Source: Candidatus Saccharimonadia bacterium (GTDB taxonomy: Bacteria > Patescibacteriota > Saccharimonadia > Saccharimonadales > JALRHH01). From it: DNA of 64,000 nt. The notes below the pieces were generated by a model, which was not told where the DNA came from, did no database searches, and saw only the letters and a program-made list of their open reading frames with translations. Below are positions 17,812 through 27,993 of this stretch, in pieces (the stretch's first letter is position 1; every line of letters begins with the position of its first letter). The translations under genes and the position numbers were made by a program. The DNA is taken from positions 236,020-300,019 of the forward strand of contig JALRHH010000001.1 in the NCBI GenBank assembly GCA_023253175.1, in the 5' to 3' direction.

Positions 17812-18912
17812 ATGCCTACAGAACCTATTACCGATCCGCACAACGCTGAACTGGAAAGAGAGCGACTGACCAGCCTGATCAACAGCATGGCGGATGCGGT
17901 CATTGCTATTGATGAAAAGACACATATCGTTGTCTACAATGGTGCTGCATTGAATATCCTTGATGTGAATAGCACCATTACAGGGAAGTTACTTACAAAA
18001 GTAATCAAACTAATTGATAAAACAAATCAACCTGTTGATATCAAAACTATTATTCTTGATACCAAGACTCAAACTACGAACCGTGACTGGAGGCTCCAGT
18101 ATCCTGACGGGAGTACAGTTAACCTATACACCAGCATTGCTCCCGTAAAGCTTGGATACGGCCAAGAAGGCATGAGCGGCTACGTTATCCTACTTCGTGA
18201 TATCACCCGCGAGAAATCACTTGAGGAAGAACGAGACGAGTTTATAAGTGTCGTGAGTCACGAACTACGTACACCAATAGCAATTGCCGAGGGTAACATT
18301 GGAAATGCCGAATTTATTCTGGAAAAGACCGGCGACCAGACAAAGGTTAAAGAGGCCCTAGAACAGGCGCATGATCAGGTTAACTTCCTTAGTGGCATGA
18401 TCAACGACTTGTCGACCTTGTCACGTGCAGAGCGCGGCAAGCTCCAAGTAGATGTCGAGGACATAAACACTTACGAATTAATTGAAGAAATCGGCAAATT
18501 ATATACACCTGACGCAGAAGCAAAGGGTCTCAAGCTCTTTGCCGAGCCTGACCGAAGCCTTGAGCTTCTTAAATCATCCCGTCTATATGTGCGTGAAATC
18601 CTCCAGAACTTTGTAACCAATGCTATCAAGTACACAGAAGAAGGTCATGTTACGATCAGTGCCCGGAAACGCGATGGAGGTGTCGTCTTTGATGTTACCG
18701 ACACTGGAATTGGCCTGAGCAAGGCTGATAAAGAGCGTGTGTTTGATAAATTCTGGCGATCAGAGGATTTTCGTACTCGCCAAAACAATGGCACCGGTCT
18801 CGGTTTGTATGTAACTATGAAGCTAACGCGCCTTATTCATGCAGAAATAGACGTACAAAGCGAAATCAACAAGGGATCTACCTTTAGTATCTTCGTCCCC
18901 AATCTTGCGTGA
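17812..18912 (+). CDS. PAS-domain sensor histidine kinase
   Basis: PAS N-terminus, H-box VSHELRTP, N-box NAIKY, G boxes DTGIG and GTGLGL. Confidence 0.92.
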   Translation: MPTEPITDPHNAELERERLTSLINSMADAVIAIDEKTHIVVYNGAALNILDVNSTITGKLLTKVIKLIDKTNQPVDIKTIILDTKTQTTNRDWRLQYPDGSTVNLYTSIAPVKLGYGQEGMSGYVILLRDITREKSLEEERDEFISVVSHELRTPIAIAEGNIGNAEFILEKTGDQTKVKEALEQAHDQVNFLSGMINDLSTLSRAERGKLQVDVEDINTYELIEEIGKLYTPDAEAKGLKLFAEPDRSLELLKSSRLYVREILQNFVTNAIKYTEEGHVTISARKRDGGVVFDVTDTGIGLSKADKERVFDKFWRSEDFRTRQNNGTGLGLYVTMKLTRLIHAEIDVQSEINKGSTFSIFVPNLA

Positions 18913-18989
18913 AAAGTATGCTAAGTTAAAGTTTTCACGAATTGACGCATATAAAGCTATGCCGTGAAAACCTTTGCTCAATATACTTT

Positions 18990-19253
18990 TCACGGCTGTG
19001 AGTGCCTGAGCGCTTCCTTATAGGGTTTTATACGATCATGGCGTATCTTTTCACCCACTAGAGCCAATCCGGTGCCGGCAGCTGCAAGCATACTACTTGC
19101 GAGTGCATCAGTTTGCTCGGTGACACTGCCGACCACAGACAGCGAAGTGAGAGTTGCCCAGATAGCAAAATTAGCCAGACGTACGCCTCTTTCGTATGTT
19201 TCGACATCGTGTCTAGTATATTCTACCTCTAAATCTGGGATGCGTACGTTCAT
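18990..19253 (-). CDS. Small hypothetical membrane protein
   Basis: 87 aa, AAGGAG RBS, two hydrophobic segments. Confidence 0.55.
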   Translation of the reverse strand: MNVRIPDLEVEYTRHDVETYERGVRLANFAIWATLTSLSVVGSVTEQTDALASSMLAAAGTGLALVGEKIRHDRIKPYKEALRHSQP

Positions 19254-19266
19254 TGATAAGCTCCTT

Positions 19267-20754
19267 TTACTCTATTTTAGGCAAATGTGGGACGACATGC
19301 ATCACTGGTATGCAAATGTTACGCTCTTTCCATATGACTTCGCCAAACTCGTATTTGTACATTGAATAGAGAGTCAGCCACATATCAATCGCTACGGCGT
19401 ATGGCAAATTCCATACGGCAGCCAAGATATTAACGGGATTGGTCAGGTGGATAATCGTGATGTGAGTTAATACGAGTAGCGCAGAACTAATGGCGCTGGC
19501 AATTAGAATGATTGAATTATCACTGATCAAGCCAATGAAAATCCCTCCGAACGGTCCGATCAATAGCACAAGCTGACTGATGACAGTAAAGATCACGAGC
19601 TCTGGACGCTTGCTAAGCTGCGGATATTTGACCCTAATGGCCGTATCACGTTGATCTGCAAATGATTTAGCAGTCTGTACATCAAGAATATCGTTAGCCC
19701 TAATGAAACTGTAGTCGTTCGTTTTGATAAGCTCACGTGCAAAAAACCGCTCAGGAATAATAGATCGACTAATTGCCGCAAATCCACCCAGTTTCTTGAG
19801 TTTCTTTTTCTTGATAAGCCAGCAGGTGCTCAGCACTGCAGGTTTGTTAAGCAGCGTTCTGGGCAATACCAGCTCCCACCAGTAACGCAGTGGCTGCACA
19901 AAGGCATGGCTGAGATTGCTCGAGAAACGACGCGGCAAAATACTAATCATCTGCTTGTCACGCGCCAACATCTCTGTCACGAGCGCACGGAATGCATGGG
20001 CACCAAAACGTACATCAACACCGGCAAATAACAAGATCTCGCCGCTCGCCTCAGCCGAGAGTCGTTCGTATGCTGCATTTTTCGCAAGCCACTTCTCGTC
20101 AGGTTCACTGCCTTTTATGAATCTGACTCCGTCCTGGGCGAATTTCTTAATAATTTCCGATGTTTGATGGTGTGAACAGTCATCGAGCACTACAATCTCA
20201 AGCTTTGGATAATCACTTGATAGGCAACTTCGCAGACAGAGCTCCAAGTCATCAGTTTCATTACGTGCCGGAATCAAAACAGACAGTGTCGGTAATTCTT
20301 TGTCAGCAAAGAATGTAGTACCTTGTCGATAGCTCGTCTTTCGTACGTTAAACAAGAGTAGACCGATCATGGCGAAAGCTGTGATTACCTGCGACACTGT
20401 GATTCCATACAAAGTACTCAGTCGCGGGACAAAAGACACGTCGAACCAGACTGCAGCAAGTGGCAGCGTAGAGACCAATAAAAGCCAGAATGATGTACGG
20501 CGGGTGGCCCGGAGTAAATAAGAATCATGCATACGGCCCTTGGCAATACGCAAGTAATTACCGATACGAAGTAGTCCTAGTAAAAGAATGATACCGGCGG
20601 CCAGGCTTGGCTGATCTAGTAGCAGTGAGACACTGGATGCAGAGACGGCAGCAGTCAATAAAATAACGAGGGGGGTTCTTACTCTCCAAAATACACCCCT
20701 ATACAGTAAAGCCTCGACAAAGATTGAGAGTATTAGTGCGCTCAAAAATAGCAT
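19267..20754 (-). CDS. Glycosyltransferase family 2, membrane-bound
   Basis: LSVLIPARNE, EIVVLDDCS, WLAKNAA, C-terminal WKER; multiple TM segments. Confidence 0.9.
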   Translation of the reverse strand: MLFLSALILSIFVEALLYRGVFWRVRTPLVILLTAAVSASSVSLLLDQPSLAAGIILLLGLLRIGNYLRIAKGRMHDSYLLRATRRTSFWLLLVSTLPLAAVWFDVSFVPRLSTLYGITVSQVITAFAMIGLLLFNVRKTSYRQGTTFFADKELPTLSVLIPARNETDDLELCLRSCLSSDYPKLEIVVLDDCSHHQTSEIIKKFAQDGVRFIKGSEPDEKWLAKNAAYERLSAEASGEILLFAGVDVRFGAHAFRALVTEMLARDKQMISILPRRFSSNLSHAFVQPLRYWWELVLPRTLLNKPAVLSTCWLIKKKKLKKLGGFAAISRSIIPERFFARELIKTNDYSFIRANDILDVQTAKSFADQRDTAIRVKYPQLSKRPELVIFTVISQLVLLIGPFGGIFIGLISDNSIILIASAISSALLVLTHITIIHLTNPVNILAAVWNLPYAVAIDMWLTLYSMYKYEFGEVIWKERNICIPVMHVVPHLPKIE

Positions 20755-20815
20755 AACAACTATATAGTACCGTAGTTTGCCACATATGTGTCTAAGTGCT
20801 ATAACTAGTTTACTT

Positions 20816-21928
20816 ATGATGCCAGAAACACAATCAATCGCCAGAGCTATGCATGACCATGGCGCAGAAGCGCTTGCTAACGGATATGAAGCACTTCGCC
20901 AAAGTCTCGTGAAGCCTGCTGGTGAACTACTGATGGGGGCATCTTTGAGGGGTATAGATAACTATATGAATAAAACTGACAGAGAGCAGTTTAGGCAAAG
21001 GCGAGAGAATACTCAGTTTATACTTGAGTCAGCAAGTATCCTACCGGAATTCAATACGCTGAAACTACCTGGTAGACCTGATGAGCAACGATATGGAAAA
21101 GCAATGGTACAAGCCTACCTTCAAAGTGCAGGTTGCTCTCACCAGGGAGCTGTAGAGATTAATCCTATTAATGCGCTACGCCTTAGCGATAAGCCAGAAA
21201 ACTATCTTACACTGCATGGCCTAACAGATAGGGTTATATGGGCCTCCCAAAAGTTAGATAAATCCATCTTCGGAAAGTATGACTACAGAAGTCCGCTTTT
21301 TGTGGTCGGAACTAATCCGAAGCTAGGCATAATTGCCTTTGAGCCAGGCCATAAACTTCATTCACCTGGAGGAGGAAGGCTTTACAAGCTTGAAGGGCGA
21401 CAAGGCAGGAGATTGGCCAAGCAGTACGCTATAGCGCTCAAACACATAGACACTGATAACGTAAAACCATTTTATGAATCTGGAAGTAACTCGTATCTTA
21501 TTCATGGATACCATAAGAATGCTACTACTGTAGAAAAGAGCCAATTTGAGGATGTTACTTTAGGTGTACCTGATTATGACATTCATAACTACAATATACT
21601 TGCTCATTTGATGAATCTATCTGCACTTTTCGGTGTTGAGAGCCATTATGCAGAGATACTTGATAAATACACACAAGATGCCCCAGTCCATGAGGTTAGA
21701 CTTCTGAAAGGAATACTAGAAGGCCACCTTGATATTGGAGACCTGTCCGAGCTAGATGCGCGGTGGAGTATATATGAGGAGCCGATCCATGCCAGTGATG
21801 AAGCGCACGAAGAGACCACGACTATAGACATCAAATCATTGAACAAAGAAAGAAGACGCAACGCCTTAAGAGCAATACCAGAAGAGGGACTAAGAAGAAA
21901 GTTCCCGGATATCGTAATCATTGATTAA
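20816..21928 (+). CDS. Hypothetical protein (orphan)
   Basis: Long ORF (track 20777..21928); ATG at 20816 or 20819; no recognisable motif. Confidence 0.65.
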   Translation: MMPETQSIARAMHDHGAEALANGYEALRQSLVKPAGELLMGASLRGIDNYMNKTDREQFRQRRENTQFILESASILPEFNTLKLPGRPDEQRYGKAMVQAYLQSAGCSHQGAVEINPINALRLSDKPENYLTLHGLTDRVIWASQKLDKSIFGKYDYRSPLFVVGTNPKLGIIAFEPGHKLHSPGGGRLYKLEGRQGRRLAKQYAIALKHIDTDNVKPFYESGSNSYLIHGYHKNATTVEKSQFEDVTLGVPDYDIHNYNILAHLMNLSALFGVESHYAEILDKYTQDAPVHEVRLLKGILEGHLDIGDLSELDARWSIYEEPIHASDEAHEETTTIDIKSLNKERRRNALRAIPEEGLRRKFPDIVIID

Positions 21929-22122
21929 GTAATGTATCTTGCGAAGTGTCAGTTAGTTTGATATATTGACACGTGAACGAACCTATATATGTAGGTTCTT
22001 TTTATTATCTACGCAGCAACAGATGGCTATGCCAGATGGTGTGACCGAGCGAAAGCGAGGATGGACGGCATGTGCCGGACAGGTGGAAATATCAAGTCAT
22101 TAGGCTTAAATGGAGAAACAAG

Positions 22123-22557
22123 ATGGCAGATACGGGTGAGAACAAGCCAGCCAAAAAGCGGCAACTTAAAAAAGTAGAGACTGTTAGGCAGCGCGTAGAG
22201 CGTGGCGATACCGCCCAGCCAAAGCGTCGTCATGTAAAGAAGGCCGCAGGAAAGCTTAGCTTGCCGTTTCGTCTTCTATGGAAGGTCGTTCGATTCATTG
22301 CGCGTCCATTTGCATTTCTGTTAATTCCGTTCAAGACAAAGCCTGCGCGTTTTGTAGGGCGAATCCTGGCAAAGGTGCTACTGTTCAAGTTCTTCCGTGA
22401 ATCATGGCAGGAGCTCCGCCAAGTACAATGGCCAACCGCACGTGAAACGACTCGTCTTACAACGGCAGTATTTGTATTCTCTCTCGTGTTCGGCACCATT
22501 ATCGCATTGACTGATTTTGGACTTGAGAAAGTATTTAAAGCAATATTCATTAATTAA
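22123..22557 (+). CDS. secE: Preprotein translocase subunit SecE (N-terminally extended)
   Basis: ESWQELRQVQWPT..ET motif plus TM segment; directly upstream of nusG; GGAG RBS. Confidence 0.92.
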   Translation: MADTGENKPAKKRQLKKVETVRQRVERGDTAQPKRRHVKKAAGKLSLPFRLLWKVVRFIARPFAFLLIPFKTKPARFVGRILAKVLLFKFFRESWQELRQVQWPTARETTRLTTAVFVFSLVFGTIIALTDFGLEKVFKAIFIN

Positions 22558-22566
22558 GGAATTACT

Positions 22567-23112
22567 ATGACAAGCAAACGATATGATGCAAGCAAACAGT
22601 GGTACGCAATCCACACCTACAGTGGCTATGAAGAAAAGGTAGCTGAAAGCATTCGCCAGCGCGCGGATTCACTGGATATGGCAGATAAGATCTTCCAGGT
22701 TATTGTGCCAAAAGAAAAGATGATCGAAGTAAAGAACGGCAAACGTAAGGTCGTTGAAAAGCGTATCTTCCAGGGTTACGTTATGGTTCAGATCAAAATG
22801 AGCGAGGACGCATGGTACATCGTACGTAATACGCCTTCAGTCACTGGCTTCGTTGGAAGTGGTACGGAACCAACCCCAATCCCTAACGATGAAATTGAAA
22901 AAATTATGAAGCGTATGGGCCGTGAAGAACCAAAGCACAAGATCGATTTCAATATTGGCGAAGTTGTCAACATCACTGACGGTCCGTTCAAGGGCTTTGA
23001 TGGCTCAATCAACGAGATTGACCCAGCCAAGGGCAAGCTTAAGGTTCTTGTGAACATGTTTGGGCGTGAAACTCCTGTTGAACTCGACAGCCTTCAAGTA
23101 AAGCGAGTGTAA
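22567..23112 (+). CDS. nusG: Transcription termination/antitermination factor NusG
   Basis: WYAIHTYSGYE, VRNTPSVTGFVG, KOW GPFKGFDG, FGRETPVEL. Confidence 0.99.
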   Translation: MTSKRYDASKQWYAIHTYSGYEEKVAESIRQRADSLDMADKIFQVIVPKEKMIEVKNGKRKVVEKRIFQGYVMVQIKMSEDAWYIVRNTPSVTGFVGSGTEPTPIPNDEIEKIMKRMGREEPKHKIDFNIGEVVNITDGPFKGFDGSINEIDPAKGKLKVLVNMFGRETPVELDSLQVKRV

Positions 23113-23387
23113 TGACCGATCCGGAGCATCTGCACACACCGGAAAACGAATCAGAAAAGGCGCGAAGTAACGTCGTTGGCGCTGCTGCATGCCTCGCGGT
23201 CACCGCCGTGTTTGCAACGGCAGGCTCAAGACTAGATGGAATTGAATCTATGTCATGTGGCATAGTGGCAGGTGTGGCGCTTATCGAGTCACTCACTTGC
23301 ACTAAAAATGGCTTGGCACACTATCAAGCTAGCCGTGAACTGAGAATAGCCAAAGACCACAGTAGGGAACATTATGACGGACAGTGA
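23112..23387 (+). CDS. Small hypothetical membrane protein
   Basis: Coupled to the nusG stop (TAATG); two hydrophobic helices. Confidence 0.6.
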   Translation: MTDPEHLHTPENESEKARSNVVGAAACLAVTAVFATAGSRLDGIESMSCGIVAGVALIESLTCTKNGLAHYQASRELRIAKDHSREHYDGQ

Positions 23388-23679
23388 GATAAAACTACAC
23401 ACTGATGCGGCGAATCGTAACCGTGAGGACGCAGAAAATGATTTTCGTGAAGCAGCACTGACGGCTGCAGGTTTTGCCGCAGCGACTCTGATAGCAAGAG
23501 AAGTAGTGGAGTTTATACTGCCAGAAAGTAAATTCAGAGAAGAGGTCAGTTCAAGAGTGATTACCCTTGGATTGGCTACAACAGGAATAGTATTTGGCGC
23601 TGGAAGTATTGCTGCCTCCCTATCGAGATATCAAGAACTACAAGAGCTACGAATAGTGGCAGAACTCAAGAAAAGCTGA
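23374..23679 (+). CDS. Small hypothetical membrane protein
   Basis: Overlaps the previous ORF; two hydrophobic helices, similar layout. Confidence 0.6.
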   Translation: MTDSEIKLHTDAANRNREDAENDFREAALTAAGFAAATLIAREVVEFILPESKFREEVSSRVITLGLATTGIVFGAGSIAASLSRYQELQELRIVAELKKS

Positions 23680-23788
23680 TTTTTATACTATAGAATGCAT
23701 AAATAGCGCATCATCGGTGCACTATTTATTTTGCTTTGAAATAGAAACGCTGGCAGTGTATAGTCATGCGAAACATAGCGGAGATGTC

Positions 23789-24007
23789 ATGGCAGCCGAG
23801 CAAGAACCAAGCGTAATGAATCACACTTTAGAACTTGAACATGCCCAATATCTGGCAGCAATGTCCCCAAAAGAAGCTAAAGACACTATGAATAAATTGC
23901 TTTTTAGGGCAGCCCAACTAGGTATGAGTAACGCGAAGGATCCGGAAGAATACGCAGAATGGACATCAATCTATTTAGAAGCCGTGGGCGATAGCGACTA
24001 CATATAG
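23789..24007 (+). CDS. Small hypothetical protein
   Basis: ORF track 23717..24007; ATG at 23789 after GGAG. Confidence 0.5.
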   Translation: MAAEQEPSVMNHTLELEHAQYLAAMSPKEAKDTMNKLLFRAAQLGMSNAKDPEEYAEWTSIYLEAVGDSDYI

Positions 24008-24121
24008 ACAATTAAGGGTAAATCTGGTAGGATTAACAGGTTACGCACTACTAAAAGGTAGGAGATAATCGGGCCAAAGCTTCATTAAGGTCACGATCAT
24101 CGTAATAAGGAGATAAAACTT

Positions 24122-24550
24122 ATGGCAAAAGCAGTAAAAGCCAATTTAAAGATGAAGATTAAAGGTGGACAAGCGTCAGCAGCTCCTCCAGTAGGTTCAT
24201 CTTTAGGTCAGCACGGTGTTAACATGATGGATTTCATCAACCCGTTCAACGACCAAACTAAAGACATGATGGGCAAGGACGTTACTGTTCACATTACCAT
24301 CTACGAAGACCGCACCATGGATTGGCGCGTTGTCAGTGTTCCTACTGACATCCGCATCATGAATGAACTTGGTATCAAAAAGGGTTCTGGTCGTCCAAAC
24401 AGCGAAAAGATCGCTAAAAAGCTTACGGATGCACAGCTTACAAAGATTGCAGAAGAAAAAGCAGCTGACATGAACACACAAGATGTTCCAGCAGTTAAAA
24501 AGATGGTTGCTGGTACAGCACGATCAATGGGTGTAGAGATCGAAGCCTAG
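24122..24550 (+). CDS. rplK: 50S ribosomal protein L11
   Basis: GGQASAAPPVGSSLGQHGVN, GTARSMGV. Confidence 0.98.
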   Translation: MAKAVKANLKMKIKGGQASAAPPVGSSLGQHGVNMMDFINPFNDQTKDMMGKDVTVHITIYEDRTMDWRVVSVPTDIRIMNELGIKKGSGRPNSEKIAKKLTDAQLTKIAEEKAADMNTQDVPAVKKMVAGTARSMGVEIEA

Positions 24551-24553
24551 GTT

Positions 24554-24775
24554 ATGACGTTTGAGTTTGAGCAAGATACATTCGAGCCAACAAACAACAT
24601 AAGCCAAGATCAGGGTGTGTTTACAGGAGTAGACGTATCCCACCTAGCAGAAGAGTCAATACCGTTTACATACGTCAGGAAAGTTGGCGGAGATTTGATT
24701 AAGACCTATCTTGGAGATCACCCAGATGCTCCAATGCTAAACAGCCCGATTAGGAACGGTGAACTCCGAAAGTAA
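24554..24775 (+). CDS. Small hypothetical protein
   Basis: 73 aa ORF starting 3 nt after the rplK stop. Confidence 0.5.
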   Translation: MTFEFEQDTFEPTNNISQDQGVFTGVDVSHLAEESIPFTYVRKVGGDLIKTYLGDHPDAPMLNSPIRNGELRK

Positions 24776-24790
24776 ATTGAGGGAGGTTAT

Positions 24791-24952
24791 ATGACCGAAC
24801 ATCAACCAAATAGATTTGAAGTAGTGCCCAACCCAGACGAGGATTTTCTTGAAAGGTGCAAGACACGAGCTAATCAAGAGACACATTATCAGCTTACCGG
24901 CGAGACAGTAAGCAGTGTTGCAGTAAAAGCAATCGTCTCAATCGAAGAATAA
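24791..24952 (+). CDS. Small hypothetical protein, 53 aa (not in ORF track)
   Basis: GGAGGT RBS then MTEHQPNRFEVVPNPDEDFLERCKTRANQETHYQLTGETVSSVAVKAIVSIEE*. Confidence 0.55.
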   Translation: MTEHQPNRFEVVPNPDEDFLERCKTRANQETHYQLTGETVSSVAVKAIVSIEE

Positions 24953-24960
24953 TAACGAGA

Positions 24961-24991
24961 TGTGGGAGGCCAATCGGCCGCTATTACCACA
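24961..24991 (+). promoter_or_regulatory. L1 ribosomal protein autoregulatory leader
   Basis: TGTGGGAG-GCC..GGC..-ACCACA mimics the L1 binding site; directly before the rplA RBS. Confidence 0.75.
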
Positions 24992-25004
24992 AAGGAGAAC
25001 AATT

Positions 25005-25967
25005 ATGGCAAAGACCAAAGCCGAACTACTCGAGGAAGCAAAGACTTTGAACCTCGAAGTTACAGAAAAGAATACCGTAGCTGAGATTACCACAGCTATC
25101 GAAGGTGCGGCAGCGCCTGCAGAAGAAAAGAAGGCTGCAAAGAGCGGCAAGCGCAGTGAAAAGGGTATCCAAGAAGCCGAAGAAAAGGCAGCCAAGAAGG
25201 ATGCTCAGGAGCACCGTGCAGAAGACGAAGCCGAAGAAGCCGCAAAGCCAAAGCAGCCACAGCGCGCGACTACTGTGCTTGAGCGCAGGGCAAAGGGCTA
25301 CCGCAAGGCAGCTGAATCAGTTGAAAAGGGCAAGGTTTACAGCCTTAAAGAAGCACTTGATCTTGCAGTTAAGACAAGCTACGTAAAGTTTGACGCAACT
25401 GTTGAACTTCACATCAACCTTGGCGTTGATCCTCGTCAGGCTGATCAGAACCTTCGTGACACTATCCAGCTTCCAGCTGGTACTGGTAAGACTGTTCGTG
25501 TTGCCGTGTTTGCAGACGCTGATGATGCAGCTGCGGCCAAGAAGGCTGGTGCTGATATCGCTGGTAGCGACGAGTTCCTCGCACAGCTAGATAAGGGTAA
25601 GATTGACTTTGACATCCTAATTGCAACACCTGCAATGATGGCAAAGCTTGGTAAGTACGCACGCGTACTTGGTCCAAAGGGACTAATGCCAAACCCAAAG
25701 AGCGGTACTGTTACGACTGACGTTGTAAAGGCTGTTACTGAATCAAAGGCTGGCCGTGTTGAATACCGTGTTGATAGCACTGGTATCGTACACGTTGGCG
25801 TTGGTAAGGTAAGCTTCGGCGCTGACAAGCTCAGCCAAAACGTTAAGGCTGTATTCGCTAGCATCAAGAACAACAAGCCAAGCTCAATCAAGGCTGCGTA
25901 TGTTCAGGCAATTCACCTTACGACTACAATGGGTCCTTCAATCAAGGTAGAAGTTAGCGAAATCTAA
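25005..25967 (+). CDS. rplA: 50S ribosomal protein L1 with ~90 aa N-terminal extension
   Basis: KFDATVELHINLGVDPRQADQ, LGPKGLMPNPKSGTVT, TTMGPS; AAGGAG RBS before ATG 25005. Confidence 0.98.
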   Translation: MAKTKAELLEEAKTLNLEVTEKNTVAEITTAIEGAAAPAEEKKAAKSGKRSEKGIQEAEEKAAKKDAQEHRAEDEAEEAAKPKQPQRATTVLERRAKGYRKAAESVEKGKVYSLKEALDLAVKTSYVKFDATVELHINLGVDPRQADQNLRDTIQLPAGTGKTVRVAVFADADDAAAAKKAGADIAGSDEFLAQLDKGKIDFDILIATPAMMAKLGKYARVLGPKGLMPNPKSGTVTTDVVKAVTESKAGRVEYRVDSTGIVHVGVGKVSFGADKLSQNVKAVFASIKNNKPSSIKAAYVQAIHLTTTMGPSIKVEVSEI

Positions 25968-25982
25968 TTTAAAAACCCACAA

Positions 25983-26028
25983 ATAATAAAACAGCCGTTG
26001 GCAGAAGCTAGCGGCTGTTTTATTATTA
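25983..26028 (+). terminator. Intrinsic terminator after rplA
   Basis: AATAAAACAGCCGTTGGC-AGAA-GCTAGCGGCTGTTTTATT. Confidence 0.85.
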
Positions 26029-26054
26029 AGGAGTACAGCTAGGGAGAAACAAAA

Positions 26055-26432
26055 ATGAATGCGTTCAGATCAGAAGACGACGCTGCGGCGTATAGTGTTT
26101 ATCTGCAAAATAACAATCAAGATACGGCCTGTCCATTCTGTGCTATACGACTCGGCAATGAACAGTATGTAACCGAAAGTGAACACTTCGTAATAATGCG
26201 TAACAAATTTCCGTATGTTACATGGGACGGAGGAGAGGTTTCAGAACATTTGATGATCATACCAAAATCTCATCTTACTGCTTTGTCGGAACTTAACGAA
26301 CACGAAAGCAAGGAGTACCTTACGATCGTGTCAGAGTATGAAGACAATGGATTTAATGTTTACGCTCGTACCGCCGCCTCAAAGGCTCGCTCGATCAAGC
26401 ACCAGCACACTCACTTTATAAAACTATACTAA
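26055..26432 (+). CDS. HIT-family nucleotide hydrolase
   Basis: CPFC, NKFPY, HLMIIPKSH, HQHTH triad. Confidence 0.85.
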   Translation: MNAFRSEDDAAAYSVYLQNNNQDTACPFCAIRLGNEQYVTESEHFVIMRNKFPYVTWDGGEVSEHLMIIPKSHLTALSELNEHESKEYLTIVSEYEDNGFNVYARTAASKARSIKHQHTHFIKLY

Positions 26433-27005
26433 CTGTATCTCAACTGCCGGCTGAGCGGTCAGCGGATCGATTACATATACAAAATAGGCATTTAGTTCAC
26501 CATTAATCATTCGCGGGAATAACGTAGGCTTGATAACCAGCAGGTTCTTCTCAAGAGAAATTTCGGTGATCGTACCTTTGATATTCTTTTTCTTATTGGG
26601 ATTCGACCTATAACCTGTTTGCTGATTGAACCAAACTGTATCGAAGGGACTTTCCGACGCTTCAAACGGCGTAATAAGCACCTTCTTGCCAATATAATCC
26701 CTAGAGACCTGATCTTGTAGCGCAACTAATTGCTGCTGACTCATTTGCTGCAACTGCTCTGCCTGAACCTTCATAACATGTGCGTTAACACTTGCACGTC
26801 CAATATCATTTTGCCTGACTGGGCTGATACTCCCGGGATTGAGGTACGACTGACTGCTCAAAGACTGAAGCTCAGACACCACGGCTTCTTCAGACCTATG
26901 CGCTTCGGCCTGCGCGTACTGGGCCGTAGCCAGTCCTATGAAAGCAGATTGATAATCTGCCACGAGCAGCTGACCTGAAACTGGAGTTTTCTGTTTCTTC
27001 TTCAC
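26424..27005 (-). CDS. Hypothetical protein
   Basis: 193 aa ORF, no motif recognised. Confidence 0.6.
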   Translation of the reverse strand: MKKKQKTPVSGQLLVADYQSAFIGLATAQYAQAEAHRSEEAVVSELQSLSSQSYLNPGSISPVRQNDIGRASVNAHVMKVQAEQLQQMSQQQLVALQDQVSRDYIGKKVLITPFEASESPFDTVWFNQQTGYRSNPNKKKNIKGTITEISLEKNLLVIKPTLFPRMINGELNAYFVYVIDPLTAQPAVEIQLV

Positions 27006-27077
27006 TTATCTATTCTATCAAAGCTACTCAAATTGATTTATACAGTCATATTCCTGCAAGGTTGTTAGAATAGGATA

Positions 27078-27872
27078 ATGATCACGGAGCAAGCACAGAA
27101 CGAACCTATCACAATCGGTATACACGGCGCTATCAGACATGGCAAAACTACTTTTGCAGAAGCGCTCCAAATGGCCGAACCTAACAGTCTATACTACGAA
27201 TCAAGTACAATTATCTCTGAAGTGCTGGATCGTGCACACGAAGAAATGACCGAACCCTTTTCTGATGATCGGGTTACGCTTATCAACGAACTTCTATCAA
27301 AGCTACCTCCTATACTGAAAGAAGTGGTGCATGTTGATACCGAGGTAAAGCAGCTACTTTTTACCGAAGCCGATGCCATAAATAATCTAGATATGCATAA
27401 AAAGCTACTTGAACATGCAGTTAGGCTCCAACAGATGCCTGGCCTAGCTAAGCAGCGGGTCACGCCAGAAAATAAGGAATACTACCGTGCTGGACTTCAA
27501 GGAATAGGTGGCTACCTTGTTGCAAAAGTAAGTAATACTATCTGGTACGATGAAATTATACGCAGATCAAAGGCAGATGCCACTGATGCCACAAAACTCG
27601 TTGTTGTCGGAGGATTACGGTATCCCGCCGATGCAGAGGTCGTCCGCGGTAATCACGGTTTTATCGTGGAGGTGGTTCGCCCTTTTGCTCCAGAGACAGA
27701 TACTACCGATCCTACAGAATTCTACAGAAAGCAAATAAAGAGCCATTCCAAAATAATTAATAACGGTGACATCGATGATATGCATGCGATTGGCAAAATA
27801 TTCTATGATGACTTACAGACGGGTATTATCAAGCCGGTTTATATCGCCTCCACTAGCTCAGCGGACGCATAA
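27078..27872 (+). CDS. Deoxynucleoside monophosphate kinase-like P-loop protein
   Basis: IGIHGAIRHGKTT, R..LQ.IG, W, VVVGGLRYP.D resemble phage-type dNMP kinases; upstream of dcd and tmk-thyX. Confidence 0.7.
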   Translation: MITEQAQNEPITIGIHGAIRHGKTTFAEALQMAEPNSLYYESSTIISEVLDRAHEEMTEPFSDDRVTLINELLSKLPPILKEVVHVDTEVKQLLFTEADAINNLDMHKKLLEHAVRLQQMPGLAKQRVTPENKEYYRAGLQGIGGYLVAKVSNTIWYDEIIRRSKADATDATKLVVVGGLRYPADAEVVRGNHGFIVEVVRPFAPETDTTDPTEFYRKQIKSHSKIINNGDIDDMHAIGKIFYDDLQTGIIKPVYIASTSSADA

Positions 27873-27993
27873 GTACGTCACATTATTTACAAAACTACAA
27901 CAAATATGACGCGCTAATGCCTTGCAACATGCTTTTGACAACCCGTACAATGTAGGGAACGTACACGGGTGGATAACGAGAGGGGAATTTTAC

